Program-made: the position numbers and the translations under genes | The notes under the pieces: generated by a model | Told to the model about the DNA's origin: nothing | The model's database searches: none | The model's input: the letters and a program-made list of their open reading frames with translations, nothing else | Part shown: positions 31,247 to 42,344 of the stretch, piece by piece | How positions within the stretch are numbered: position 1 is the first letter of the stretch | How the letters are laid out: each line of letters starts with the position of its first letter | Assembly: GCA_963815195.1 (NCBI GenBank) | Contig: CAWFGE010000008.1 | Location: 160,001 to 224,000 of the forward strand | Length of the DNA: 64,000 nucleotides | Origin: an uncultured Planctomycetaceae bacterium | GTDB lineage: Bacteria > Planctomycetota > Planctomycetia > Planctomycetales > Planctomycetaceae | Direction: 5' to 3'

Positions 31247-31877
31247 CGGTTCTCTTGAAATCAAACCGCCGCCTAAGGATGAGGACTTTGACAGTGATGC
31301 CGTTGAAGTTCATTTAGGGGGAAAAATCTATGAGTGGGCTCGTCAGCCGGGCGGGTCCACTCTTACTATTTCGCTCTGGAAAAAAGCATCGCAGAGTAGC
31401 GGGGATGATTTCAGTTACAACGAGTTCGCGAAGCAGCACCTCAAGGAAGTTCCGCCGGACAATGCGGGAATCGTCACTCTTCGCCCACACACGTTTTATC
31501 TTGCGGATCTGAAGCAATTCACCAAGCTGCCGCACGATGTGGCGATGCATGTGCAAGGGAAAAGCAGCCTTGCGCGGTTGGGTGTCGTCATTCATCTGAC
31601 CGCTCCCCACGCCCATGCGGGTTGGCAGGGTTGGCTCACCCTGGAGATTTACAATTTGGGCCCATTCAACATCGAGTTGAAATCAGGAATGGCGATAGGT
31701 CAGCTCACGTTCTGGCGAGTTGAAGAGCCTGATGAGACATTGGTCCGCAAGAGTCAATTCTCAAACCAGGCCAATGCCGCGGGCGAGAAGATCGATCCAT
31801 CGGAAAGCCATCATTTCACGAAGCCCCGCAGAATCGCGGGGCTTTGTTTTTGCGCTGCGCTCGAGGAATCCGCGTAG
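31203..31877 (+). CDS. dcd: dCTP deaminase (trimeric dUTPase-like superfamily)
   Basis: MSILS..I, GKSSLARLG, HLTAP..HAGWQG..TLEIYNLG and GMAIGQL. Confidence 0.85.
   Translation: MSILSQIVIKKLLSDGSLEIKPPPKDEDFDSDAVEVHLGGKIYEWARQPGGSTLTISLWKKASQSSGDDFSYNEFAKQHLKEVPPDNAGIVTLRPHTFYLADLKQFTKLPHDVAMHVQGKSSLARLGVVIHLTAPHAHAGWQGWLTLEIYNLGPFNIELKSGMAIGQLTFWRVEEPDETLVRKSQFSNQANAAGEKIDPSESHHFTKPRRIAGLCFCAALEESA
31821..31851 (+). terminator. Intrinsic terminator-like hairpin inside the called 3' end of dcd
   Basis: AAGCCCCGC-AGAATC-GCGGGGCTT followed by TGTTTTT. Confidence 0.6.
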
Positions 31878-32256
31878 GCAACTGCCTCAACTTCCCCAGA
31901 CACTCCAATCCACCCCAAGCTCCACGGAACCGGGAGACTGACACCTCCCGCTCGCCTGGAGCAAGCTCCGCGGAACCGGAAGGGCTGACGTCTCCCGCTC
32001 GCTTGGCCTCGGAATACTTGCAATGAAAAATCATCCTGCGCGAAAAAAATTGTGAAATCCTGTGAAGGTTGGACGATTGGAGGGACGATAACGAGAGCTA
32101 AGCGCTTTTTGCGCGAGGGTGCGGAGATTGAACGGTTTCGTTCAAGTCCGCTCCCGGGCCGAACCGAACGCCCATGATTGTAAGAATTGCAACCGACTGG
32201 ATTTCGACACCTTGCGATCTGAGACAGGAACTTCCCCCAAGGAGGGTGGTCGTATC

Positions 32257-34611
32257 ATGCCCACGGCAGAGCCGGCATACACCGGGCCCCGACCGAAAGC
32301 GGCCCCATCGAGATGCCTCGTCCCCAGGCAAAGCCCGCTGTCGTTGGTGGCCGTGTATTTTCTGTTGGCCAGCCTGTGCGGTTGTTCGATCTTCTCTTCC
32401 GCCGCGTGGAATACGGGGAAATTCTTCGCGAAATCCGCCTCCGCCGCCAAAGACACGCTCACCTCGAAGACGCTGCATTACCTGGGGGATTCGGAGCTCA
32501 AATACTACCAAGACGTGGCGTCGCAGATCGATTACACGCAAGTTGACCAGGAGGCGAACCACCAGGCGATCGCCAGCGAGCCGCCCCGCCGGATTCGCCA
32601 TCCCCGCGAAGACGACATCCTGGACATCACGCTGTCGGAGGCCATCCAGCGGGCCCTGACCAACTGCGAAGTTATCCGCAGCCGGGGGCAGTTTCTGTCT
32701 CCGTCCAACGTGCTTTACAACAGCCCCCAGCAGGTCAACTCGGTTTACGATCCGGCCATTCAAGGGAGCGGAATCACGTTCGGGAACCGGGGCGTGGATG
32801 CCGCTCTTGCCGACTTCGATCCCAATCTGACCTTCAACAGCACCTGGGGCCGCAACGAGCAGATTCAAAACAACCGCTTCACCGGCCAGGGTTTGCCTGC
32901 GGGGGCCACGCTCATCGCGGAGACGGCCAACGTGCAGGCCCAGCTCCAAAAACAGTTTGCCACCGGCGGGACGTTTTCGGTCGGGCACACCGTCAACTAT
33001 CAGCTCAACAACGTGCCCGCCTTCCAGCGGCTGTTCGGCTCGGTCTATACCGGGAACGTGCAAGCCCAGTTCACGCAGCCGCTTTTGGCGGGCAACGGCG
33101 TGGAGTTCAACCGGATCGCCGGCCCGATCAACAACAACCCGCAGCGGGTCTCGGGCGTGAGCCAAGGCGTCGTGATCGCGCGGATCAACAACGACATTTC
33201 CATCGCCGACTTTGAAGCCTCCGTGCGGAATCTGCTCAAGGACGTGGAGGACTTGTATTGGGAGTTGTCGCTCGCGTACCGGGCTTATGATGCGGAAATC
33301 GTCGCCCGCAACAGCAACCTGGAAGTCTGGCGGAAAGCCAAGGTCCGGTTTGAGGAAGGCCAGCGGACGACCTCGGACGAAGCCCAGGCCCGCGAAGCGT
33401 TCTTTGAAAGCCGTAGCCGCGCCGAGGAAGCCTTGACGAGAATCTACACGACCGAGGGTGAACTCCGCCGGCTTTTGGGCATGCCCGTGAACGATGGCTA
33501 CATCCTGCGGCCCGTGGATGAGCCGACCACCGCGGAGTTTCTGCCCGACTGGCACATCTCGCTCGCGGAAGCGCTCACGAACCGCGTGGAAATCCGCCGG
33601 CAGAAATGGCTCGTCAAAAGTCTGGAACTGCAGATGAAAGCCGCGAAGACCCTGGTCCGACCGCGATTGGACTTCATCTCGGCCTATCAAATCAACATGC
33701 TGGGCGACAAGCTGTGGTCCCCGACCGACAACGACCAGTTTAACACGCCCGAGGGTCTCAACAGCGCCTACGGGACGTTGACGCAGGGCAATCAGACCGG
33801 GTGGAATCTGGGCTTTCAATTCTCGATGCCGCTCGGTTTGCGGACCGCCCATTCCCAGGTGCGAAACCTGGAATTGCAATTGGCCAAAGCCCGCGCGGTG
33901 CTGGGCGTCCAGGAGCTCGAAGTCAGCCACGAGCTGGGGCGGGCCTTCCAGGAAGTGGACCGGGCCTATCAAACGGCCCAAACGAACTTCAACCGCCGGC
34001 GGGCCGCGGAGCTTCGCGTGCAGGTCGAGCAGAACAAAGTGAACGTGGGCATTCAGGATCCCGAAAAAGGCAACACCGTGGACCTGTTGCTGCGGGCCCA
34101 AGTCAGCCTGGCCCAGGCGCAGGTCGCCTACTACAGCAGCCTGGTCGCCTACAACCAGGCGATTGTCGCGCTGCATTACCGCAAAGGGTCGCTGTTGGAG
34201 TTTGACAACATCACCCTGGCGGAAAGCAACTGGGATCCGCAGGCATACATTCTCGCGCTCCGGCGGGCGTGGTCGCGGAGCCATGCCCTCGACGCCGGGC
34301 ATCTGCTCCGGACCGAGCCAGCCGAGTTCTCCACTCCGCAGCCGCTCAAGCTGCTGATGCCGGCCGGGGCCGCGCCTGCGATGAATCCGCCCGGCACGCC
34401 GGCGATTCAAATGGGTCCGGACATGCCCCTGCCGCCCACGCCCGAACCCAGCCCCGCGCCCACGCCGGACTCTCAAGCACCGCCGGCCCCCGTGCCTTCG
34501 CCGCAAAATCCGGGCGACAATAACACGATGACCTGGCGAACGGCCGGCCCGGAAACCCGCGCTGCGGAGTCGCCGCAATTCACCCGCCGCGCGGAACTGC
34601 CGCTCCGTTAG
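32257..34611 (+). CDS. TolC-family outer membrane channel lipoprotein
   Basis: Lipobox-like LCGC, ITLSEAIQRALTN, QFTQPLL, VEDLYWEL, NRVEI, RPRLD and LLRAQ repeats; AAGGAGGG RBS. Confidence 0.85.
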   Translation: MPTAEPAYTGPRPKAAPSRCLVPRQSPLSLVAVYFLLASLCGCSIFSSAAWNTGKFFAKSASAAKDTLTSKTLHYLGDSELKYYQDVASQIDYTQVDQEANHQAIASEPPRRIRHPREDDILDITLSEAIQRALTNCEVIRSRGQFLSPSNVLYNSPQQVNSVYDPAIQGSGITFGNRGVDAALADFDPNLTFNSTWGRNEQIQNNRFTGQGLPAGATLIAETANVQAQLQKQFATGGTFSVGHTVNYQLNNVPAFQRLFGSVYTGNVQAQFTQPLLAGNGVEFNRIAGPINNNPQRVSGVSQGVVIARINNDISIADFEASVRNLLKDVEDLYWELSLAYRAYDAEIVARNSNLEVWRKAKVRFEEGQRTTSDEAQAREAFFESRSRAEEALTRIYTTEGELRRLLGMPVNDGYILRPVDEPTTAEFLPDWHISLAEALTNRVEIRRQKWLVKSLELQMKAAKTLVRPRLDFISAYQINMLGDKLWSPTDNDQFNTPEGLNSAYGTLTQGNQTGWNLGFQFSMPLGLRTAHSQVRNLELQLAKARAVLGVQELEVSHELGRAFQEVDRAYQTAQTNFNRRRAAELRVQVEQNKVNVGIQDPEKGNTVDLLLRAQVSLAQAQVAYYSSLVAYNQAIVALHYRKGSLLEFDNITLAESNWDPQAYILALRRAWSRSHALDAGHLLRTEPAEFSTPQPLKLLMPAGAAPAMNPPGTPAIQMGPDMPLPPTPEPSPAPTPDSQAPPAPVPSPQNPGDNNTMTWRTAGPETRAAESPQFTRRAELPLR

Positions 34612-35288
34612 AATTTCAAACGGCAACGCGCAGCTTGTGCGGAGTCGTTCCAAAAAGCGCCAGAGCCGCGCACGAAGTAAGCGGCCTTGCGATCTGTAGA
34701 CTAGAAACACCGCTTACTTCGTGCGCGGCTCTTGGGGAACCAATTCCTTTTCCGAGACTCTTGGAACTACTGAGGTTGAGTTAAAAGAAGATCACTTCCC
34801 GACCATGTCCCACACGCCGTCCCAATCGTCCGAGGGCGGAGTTTGCATCATCTGGCGGGAGCGGCCGGGTGGCTGGGGCGCAAAGGAATGTTCCAAGGAA
34901 AAAGAAGATTTGAGGCCTGGGGCCGTGTAAGATTTTCTCGCCCGGCCACAGCCCCAGCATTCGCAGTTCTAGCCTTGTTCCAAGGGGGGATTTGCGCCCC
35001 AGCCACCCAAACCGCGCGGAACTGCCGCTCCGTTAGAATTCAAACGGCAACGCGCAGCTTGCGGGGAGTCGTTCCAAAAAGCGCCAGAGCCGCGCACGAA
35101 GTAAGCGGTCTTGCGATCTGTAGACTAGAAACACCGCTTACTTCGTGCGCGGATTCTCGGGGAACCAATTCCTTTTCCGAGACTCTTGGAACTACTGAGG
35201 TTGAGTTAAAAGAAGATCACTTCCCGACCATGTCCCACACGCCGTCCCAATCGTCCGAGGGCGGAGTTTGCATCATCTGGCGGGAGCG
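34587..35288. repeat. 277-bp imperfect direct duplication flanking a 148-bp TIR-bounded element
   Basis: 34587-34863 is repeated at 35012-35288 with a few substitutions and indels. The spacer ends in GGGTGGCTGGGGCGCAAA / TTTGCGCCCCAGCCACCC (34867-35008). Confidence 0.9.
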
Positions 35289-38198
35289 ATCCAAAAGGAT
35301 CCACGAGGGGTTGTCCCGTCCCAGCGAATGGGCTTCCTGAAAATACTCGCAAGCGACCGCCCACTCGGCCTTTCGGTAGGCTTCCAATCCTGCGTGATAC
35401 AGCGGCAGCGATCGCAGGAGCTGCGGACTGACGTCCTCATCCGGACCGGCGATCAGCTCGAACAGGCGGATCGGCCGCTGTTTGCCGATGACCCGCACGC
35501 TGTCTAACTCGCGGGTGACGAACTCGCCGCCGATTTTCCGCTGGGTGTGCTCGCTCATGAGGATCGTCACGCCGTAGTGTTTGCTGACGCCTTCGAGCCG
35601 GGACGCCAGGTTCACGCCGTCGCCGATGCAGGTGTATTCGAGCCGGCGTTCGGACCCGATGTTCCCGCTGATGACTTCGCCGCTGTTGATGCCGATGCCG
35701 ATGCCCACGGGATCCCGGCCGGCTTTTCGCTGAATGGCGTTAAATTCCGCAAGGGCCCGCCGCATGCGGAGCGCGGCCCGGCACGCGCGGATCGAATCGT
35801 CCTCCTGCGGAAACGGGACGCCGAACACCGCCATCAGCGCGTCGCCGATGTACTTGTCCAAGAGGCCGTTTTCGGCAAACACGGCATCGACCATCACGGA
35901 GAAATACGCATTGAGCATCTCGACGATGTGCTGGGCGTCCATCGCTTCGGTCATCGCCGTGTAGCCGCGAATGTCCGAAAACAACACGGCCACCTCCTGG
36001 CGGATGCCCCCCAAACGGTCGCCGCCTTCGTCGAGCACTTTCTGCGCCAGCACCGGCGACATATACCGGCCGAGCGTGGTCATCACCCGCTTCTGATGCG
36101 TGATGTCTTCCATCACCACGACGACCCCGTCCTGCTTGCCGGCAAAATCGCGGAGCGGCACGATGTTGTAGTTGAAGGAAATCGTGCGGTCGCCGACTTG
36201 CAGGTCGTCGTCGGCGACGTAGATGGCCTTCGGCTCGTGATACACCCGCGCGATGTTCTCGATCAGCGTCTGATTGCAGCCCTCGAACCAGTCCGAATAG
36301 CACGTCCCCGACATCGCCTCCGCAGTCAGGCCGAGAAGTGGCTCCACGGGCCGATTCGAGCGGACCAGTTTGCCCTCGGTATCGAGCGTCAGCACCAACT
36401 GGTTGATGCTCTGCAAAATGCACTCGAGATAATTCCGCACTTCGAGCGTTTCCTGAAATAGCATCGAGTTCTCGACGGCGATCGCGGCTTGGGCGGAAAA
36501 CGCCGACAGCAGTTCCTCGTCTTCCCGCGTGAACGGCCCGCCGCGCTTGTTGATGATCTGCGTCACGCCGATGGTTTTGCCGTCTTTGTTCCGCAGCGGC
36601 ATGCACAACACGTTTTTCGTGCGGTAGCCCGTGCGCTGATCGACCTCGGGATTGAACCGCGGGTCTTCGTAGACGTCGTCAATATTGAGCACTTCGCCCG
36701 TGCGGGCCACATAACCGGCGAGGCCTTGATCCATCCGCACGCGGATCGTGTCGGTTCCCTCGGCCACCGTGGACAAGAGCACGCCCTCGTCGTGCCGGGC
36801 CAGAAACACCGAGCAGCGGTCGGCCCCCAAAAGCTTCCGGGCCCGCACCATGATCTTTTCCAAAAGCCGCTTGGTGTCGAGTTCCGAAGACAGCGCCGCC
36901 GCCACGTCCAAGAGCGCCTCGAGACGCAGCCGGGCCCGCTCGCGGCGTTCTTTCTCGCGGTTGGCTTCCTCCTGCATTCGCCATCTTTCCGTGCCCACCG
37001 CCGCGAACACCGCCAGCGCCGCCAGAATCTCCAAATGCCGTTCCGAAAACGCGACCCACTGATGCACCGTATCGACGTAGATAAACCCTTGGATCTGGCC
37101 GTCGTAATACAAGGGGGCGCACAAGGCCGAGCGGATGCTCTGCTCGTCGATGCTCCGCACGTGGCGGAAGCGGGAATCGTCGACCGTGTCCGAAACCAGA
37201 ATCGCGCGCTTGCTTCGCACCGCTTCGTTGACGATCGTGCGGCTGATGTTCATCGGCCGGTCCGCTTCGTCCACTTCATTGCGGACGATGCGCGGCGCGA
37301 TGCCCTGGCCCGGCTCCACCACCCAAATCGAACCCCGCTCCGCCGGCACGTGATCGAACACCAACTTCAACACGGCTTCGAGCATCCGGTCCAACGAGTC
37401 GGCCTTGAGCAGCGCGTTTCCCATCTGGCTGATCAGACCGATCACAAGCGAGCCGTCCGCCGCGTTGCACACGGACGACTCCTCGGCGGAATCCGACTGC
37501 ACCGCCCGCAAAATCGGAGGCGAAGGGATCGAACCGGGTTCGGCCGGCTGAGGCCGCTGGACCGGCTGATTGGCGAGCCGCTCGTATTCCTCGACGTCGA
37601 TCGAGGCGAACACATTCGGAGACCGGGCATGCTCGTCCTCATCCTCATCGAACACCACGGTGGGAACCGGGCGACGGGCGGGACGAGGGAACGGCGACGC
37701 GTCCCAATCGCTGTCGTCGTAAGGCGGCTTGTCGGAAACGAACTCGCTGTTGGAGGCCGATTCGGAATCGTACCACAACGATTCGCTCACCGGCTCGTGG
37801 TCGTCCGAGGCGGGGGGCGGCGGTTGATGGAAAATCAAAACCAACGGAACCAAACCCGGCGGACCGAGCGTAATCCGGTCGCCATCCTTGAGCGGCTGCC
37901 GCGTGATGATTTTCTGGTTGACGTAGGTCCCGTTTGTGCTGTCGAGATCCCGAATCTGCCAGGATCGCCCGTCGAACTCGGTCTCAAAATGAATCCGCGA
38001 GACGCCCTTGAGCGAGAGGACCACATCGCAACTGCTCGCCCGGCCGAAGACCATTTTGGACTTGTGTAGATCTTCGCGAATGTCTTGTCCGGCGCGGAAA
38101 TAGCTAATCCACGCGGTGGCCTCCCCATTGAAATTCAAAAGCGCGCCTCCTCGTTCGAGAGGGCCGTCCCCCCCCACCCCGGCAAACCGCCAAGACAC
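35217..38198 (-). CDS. Class III adenylate cyclase with FHA, two GAF and PAS domains (start uncertain)
   Basis: FHA (FGR..VSRIH..DLDSTNGTYVN), GAF (DPRFNPEVDQRTGYRTK), cyclase (FSDIRGYT, KYIGDALM, IGDGVNLASRLE) and terminal WDGVW. Confidence 0.92.
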   Translation of the reverse strand: MSWRFAGVGGDGPLERGGALLNFNGEATAWISYFRAGQDIREDLHKSKMVFGRASSCDVVLSLKGVSRIHFETEFDGRSWQIRDLDSTNGTYVNQKIITRQPLKDGDRITLGPPGLVPLVLIFHQPPPPASDDHEPVSESLWYDSESASNSEFVSDKPPYDDSDWDASPFPRPARRPVPTVVFDEDEDEHARSPNVFASIDVEEYERLANQPVQRPQPAEPGSIPSPPILRAVQSDSAEESSVCNAADGSLVIGLISQMGNALLKADSLDRMLEAVLKLVFDHVPAERGSIWVVEPGQGIAPRIVRNEVDEADRPMNISRTIVNEAVRSKRAILVSDTVDDSRFRHVRSIDEQSIRSALCAPLYYDGQIQGFIYVDTVHQWVAFSERHLEILAALAVFAAVGTERWRMQEEANREKERRERARLRLEALLDVAAALSSELDTKRLLEKIMVRARKLLGADRCSVFLARHDEGVLLSTVAEGTDTIRVRMDQGLAGYVARTGEVLNIDDVYEDPRFNPEVDQRTGYRTKNVLCMPLRNKDGKTIGVTQIINKRGGPFTREDEELLSAFSAQAAIAVENSMLFQETLEVRNYLECILQSINQLVLTLDTEGKLVRSNRPVEPLLGLTAEAMSGTCYSDWFEGCNQTLIENIARVYHEPKAIYVADDDLQVGDRTISFNYNIVPLRDFAGKQDGVVVVMEDITHQKRVMTTLGRYMSPVLAQKVLDEGGDRLGGIRQEVAVLFSDIRGYTAMTEAMDAQHIVEMLNAYFSVMVDAVFAENGLLDKYIGDALMAVFGVPFPQEDDSIRACRAALRMRRALAEFNAIQRKAGRDPVGIGIGINSGEVISGNIGSERRLEYTCIGDGVNLASRLEGVSKHYGVTILMSEHTQRKIGGEFVTRELDSVRVIGKQRPIRLFELIAGPDEDVSPQLLRSLPLYHAGLEAYRKAEWAVACEYFQEAHSLGRDNPSWILLDRSRQMMQTPPSDDWDGVWDMVGK

Positions 38199-38406
38199 CG
38201 CCCGCTCAAACGGGTTGCCGCGGCCAGATCAAAAATCCGCGGAAGCGAGGTGTCGTCGACAAGCATGGGAACCCACGAAAATGGCCCTTGAATTGTTCCG
38301 CTCAAATCGAATCACAAAAATTCTCTGGACAATTCTAACAGGATTCCCCGATTTCCGTCCAATCCAACTTCCCGCCAAAGTCGATCCAGCGATCCAGCGG
38401 AAGTCT

Positions 38407-39951
<1,545 letters not shown>

Positions 39952-40037
39952 AAAAACCTCGCTTTCGTAGATCATTGTTGGTCAAAGGGTTCAAGAGGAC
40001 AAGGTCTGTACACTAAATACCGCCAAACGGAATCGGG

Positions 40038-40271
40038 CTAGGTCCTGTCGTTCGTTGGCGGGCAGTCATCGGCAATCCACTGACGCACTTCGTCGAGACG
40101 CCAGCGGGTATTGCCACCGATTCGGATGGGTTGAATGAGTTGGCCCGCGCTACAAAGTCGCCACAAGGTGCGGACCGAAATCTGCATCATCCGGGCAAAG
40201 TCTGCCGCCGTAATGAGAATCGGCTTCACGGCCTCCCCACTGTCAGGGTTTGGGTTGCGTTCGGATTTCAT
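40038..40271 (-). CDS. AlpA-family HTH excisionase/regulator
   Basis: LITAADFARMMQISVRTLWRL..PIRIGGNTRWRLDEVRQWI. Confidence 0.85.
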   Translation of the reverse strand: MKSERNPNPDSGEAVKPILITAADFARMMQISVRTLWRLCSAGQLIQPIRIGGNTRWRLDEVRQWIADDCPPTNDRT

Positions 40272-40483
40272 TTATTTGGTCCCGTCTGGTTGGATGTCTT
40301 TTTGATAGAGAGCGAACCGTATCAATTGGAGAATCTCTGATTAAACGAATCGTAGTTACCACGGCTCATCTGGATGTTCACGTCCAGGAATTGTGCTCGT
40401 TTCACTCAAGAGTGGAGTGCGGAATCACGGTCTTCGGAGCGCGAGAGACTTGTGGAAGTTTCCCGATTTTGGAAGCGGTTCAG

Positions 40484-40717
40484 TCACGACTTTTCCTTGT
40501 GGCTTTGCTCGTAGATCCAGGAATGTGCTTCATCGAGAACCAGACGCACGAGCGGGATGTCGTCGCGTGAGAAACGGGTTGACTCTTTCCAGACGTCGCC
40601 ATTTCGGAACAGGCGGATGATGGAGACGCTGTGACGGAGGCCGGAACGGGTCCGCTTACGCCAGATGCGGACCTTGATCAGGCCCTTGCGGATTTCATGA
40701 ATCGGACGAGTTGCCAT
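40484..40717 (-). CDS. Small PC4-like putative ssDNA-binding protein (paralog 1)
   Basis: PIHEIRKGLIKVRIW..HSVSIIRLFRNGDVWKESTRFSRDDIP; clearly paralogous to 41940-42197. Confidence 0.65.
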   Translation of the reverse strand: MATRPIHEIRKGLIKVRIWRKRTRSGLRHSVSIIRLFRNGDVWKESTRFSRDDIPLVRLVLDEAHSWIYEQSHKEKS

Positions 40718-40762
40718 TTGGTTGGCCTTTCCTCTGGGTGTTTGTTGCCCTTAATGGTTCTG

Positions 40763-41104
40763 CTATGTCTCTTCTTCCAGGCCCAAGTGTTGAAGAATGT
40801 CATCCAATTCGGAGGCCAACCGCTGGAGGGAAGATCGTTCGGTTTGGGTCAGGCAGCCATCATCAGCGAGCACGGCGGCCAGGACCTGGGTCAACTTGAC
40901 GAATTGGATTAAGTCGGCTGGGTGAAAGAGTTGCGAGACGTGGCCGCTTTCGGCCAGTTGGCGGAATACATTGAAACGGTAGCGCCAGCCGGTGTGTTCG
41001 TCTCCCGTCTTCCAGATGGCAGACGTCAAAGGACCCGCCCCGACCATCATCATGGGTTTAGGAGAATCCGGTTTGTCTTTTTTCGATTCGATTGGTCCTG
41101 CCAT
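40763..41104 (-). CDS. Small PC4-like protein (divergent paralog 2)
   Basis: P...VGAGPLTSAIWK..YRFNVFR..SQLFHPADL followed by a helix. Confidence 0.55.
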   Translation of the reverse strand: MAGPIESKKDKPDSPKPMMMVGAGPLTSAIWKTGDEHTGWRYRFNVFRQLAESGHVSQLFHPADLIQFVKLTQVLAAVLADDGCLTQTERSSLQRLASELDDILQHLGLEEET

Positions 41105-41197
41105 TACGACCTCGTGAAACGCGATGGATTGGGAATGTTGTGAGAAAAATGAACATGGAGAACTGTCACTCTCTCCATGTCCGGTTTTGAAACGATG

Positions 41198-41425
41198 CTA
41201 CTCTGGCCCGTCTTCCAGCCACCCGTCATTGATTGCCAAAGTCAGGTAGTTGTCGACGATGTCGATAGATTCCCGGAATGAACCTTGGCGGGGCAGACCT
41301 CTCTCCGCGGAGTACTCGTCGAGTCCTTTCGCGAAGGCATAGTTTCTGACAGCCAATAAAGCGATCCAGAATTCACTGGGTGGGTAGGGTAGCAGCGTTT
41401 CGTTTTTTTCATCTTGCTTGTCCAT
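41198..41425 (-). CDS. Small hypothetical protein
   Basis: GGAGAAG RBS; 75 aa; co-oriented with the island genes. Confidence 0.5.
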   Translation of the reverse strand: MDKQDEKNETLLPYPPSEFWIALLAVRNYAFAKGLDEYSAERGLPRQGSFRESIDIVDNYLTLAINDGWLEDGPE

Positions 41426-41599
41426 TTCTTCTCCAAATGTTCCGCGGTTCGTGGCAGAGGAATGCGATGCGCGGTTCATCGTGCCCCTCCCGGACTGCGA
41501 ACAGTCCGGGGGAAGCACTTGTCGAGATGAGCCGACTGGCGAACCAGCCGGCGAAAACCAGTTGTAAAACCTGCTGAAAAACCGGTGTGCAATGTCGAA

Positions 41600-41878
41600 T
41601 TACTCGGCTGAGTCGATTATCGTCAGCGACCGGTCGGGCATGGTGATGATCAAAAACTCCGTGCCATTGCGTGAGACAAACTTTGACTGCAACTGAGGGG
41701 CACTTGACTCGGCCTCTTGTTGCGGTTTGGTTTGTACTTGCGCCTCGTAAATCTCGTCACTTAGAACGTGATCCGTGAGGGGGTATAGCATTTCGTTCAA
41801 GTTCAGCTTTGCCCGTGCTCGTTTCGTGACTACGATTCTTCGCCTGTGAACGAGAATTGCAGACTTCTTAGTTGTCAT
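41600..41878 (-). CDS. Small plasmid/ICE-associated hypothetical protein
   Basis: AGGAGG RBS; C-terminal FLIITMPDRSLTII resembles the IITEADRS.TT motif of a common plasmid-related family. Confidence 0.55.
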   Translation of the reverse strand: MTTKKSAILVHRRRIVVTKRARAKLNLNEMLYPLTDHVLSDEIYEAQVQTKPQQEAESSAPQLQSKFVSRNGTEFLIITMPDRSLTIIDSAE

Positions 41879-41939
41879 GGCCTTGTCCTCCTGACAAATC
41901 GCCGGTCGGATTTCCTCCGACCGGCGCATGAATCATTCG

Positions 41940-42197
41940 TTACTCAACGGCCTCGTCCGGGCTGGCTGGCACATCTTGCCCCCAGATCCAGGTGTAGGCT
42001 ATGTCCACCACCTTGGCCACGATCGGCAAGTCATCGCGACGAAACGTCGCAGTATCTTGCCAGCGATCCCCTTCTTTGTAGAGACGCGTGATCGTGACGT
42101 TGAACCAGACATCCCGACTCTCGGTTTGATTGGCCCAAATCGCGGCTCGGATTCGTCCCAAGCGGATCTCGTGTACCGGTTTTTGTTTCTGTGCCAT
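41940..42197 (-). CDS. Small PC4-like putative ssDNA-binding protein (paralog 3)
   Basis: AAGGAG RBS; PVHEIRLGRIRAAIW..FNVTITRLYKEGDRWQDTATFRRDDLP. Confidence 0.7.
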   Translation of the reverse strand: MAQKQKPVHEIRLGRIRAAIWANQTESRDVWFNVTITRLYKEGDRWQDTATFRRDDLPIVAKVVDIAYTWIWGQDVPASPDEAVE

Positions 42198-42344
42198 AAG
42201 CACTCCTTTTGTGTTGTGCGTTTGACAGGCTTTCCTGGCTCTGCCCGACGCGGTTATTGTTTGCCGCCGTGATTCCCACGGCGGCCTCGAAGGTGGGCTG
42301 TCCGGAGACAGCCCGAAAACCAAACTTCAACCTGTGAGCAACCT

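Larger units (their letters stand above)
30767..31888. repeat. 36-bp perfect direct repeat flanking a two-gene cassette
   Basis: CGCTGCGCTCGAGGAATCCGCGTAGGCAACTGCCTC occurs at 30767-30802 and 31853-31888. Confidence 0.9.

Noticed and set aside
32098..34710. Long antisense ORFs (e.g. 870 aa here; also 3196-4923, 7121-8782, 17890-20142, 23334-24851, 36489-38069)
   Set aside because: Shadow frames of real genes in high-GC DNA, with no recognisable motifs.
34587..35288. Diversity-generating retroelement template/variable repeat pair
   Set aside because: Differences fall in the intergenic part and are not adenine-specific, the duplicated coding ends are identical, and no reverse transcriptase is present in the window.
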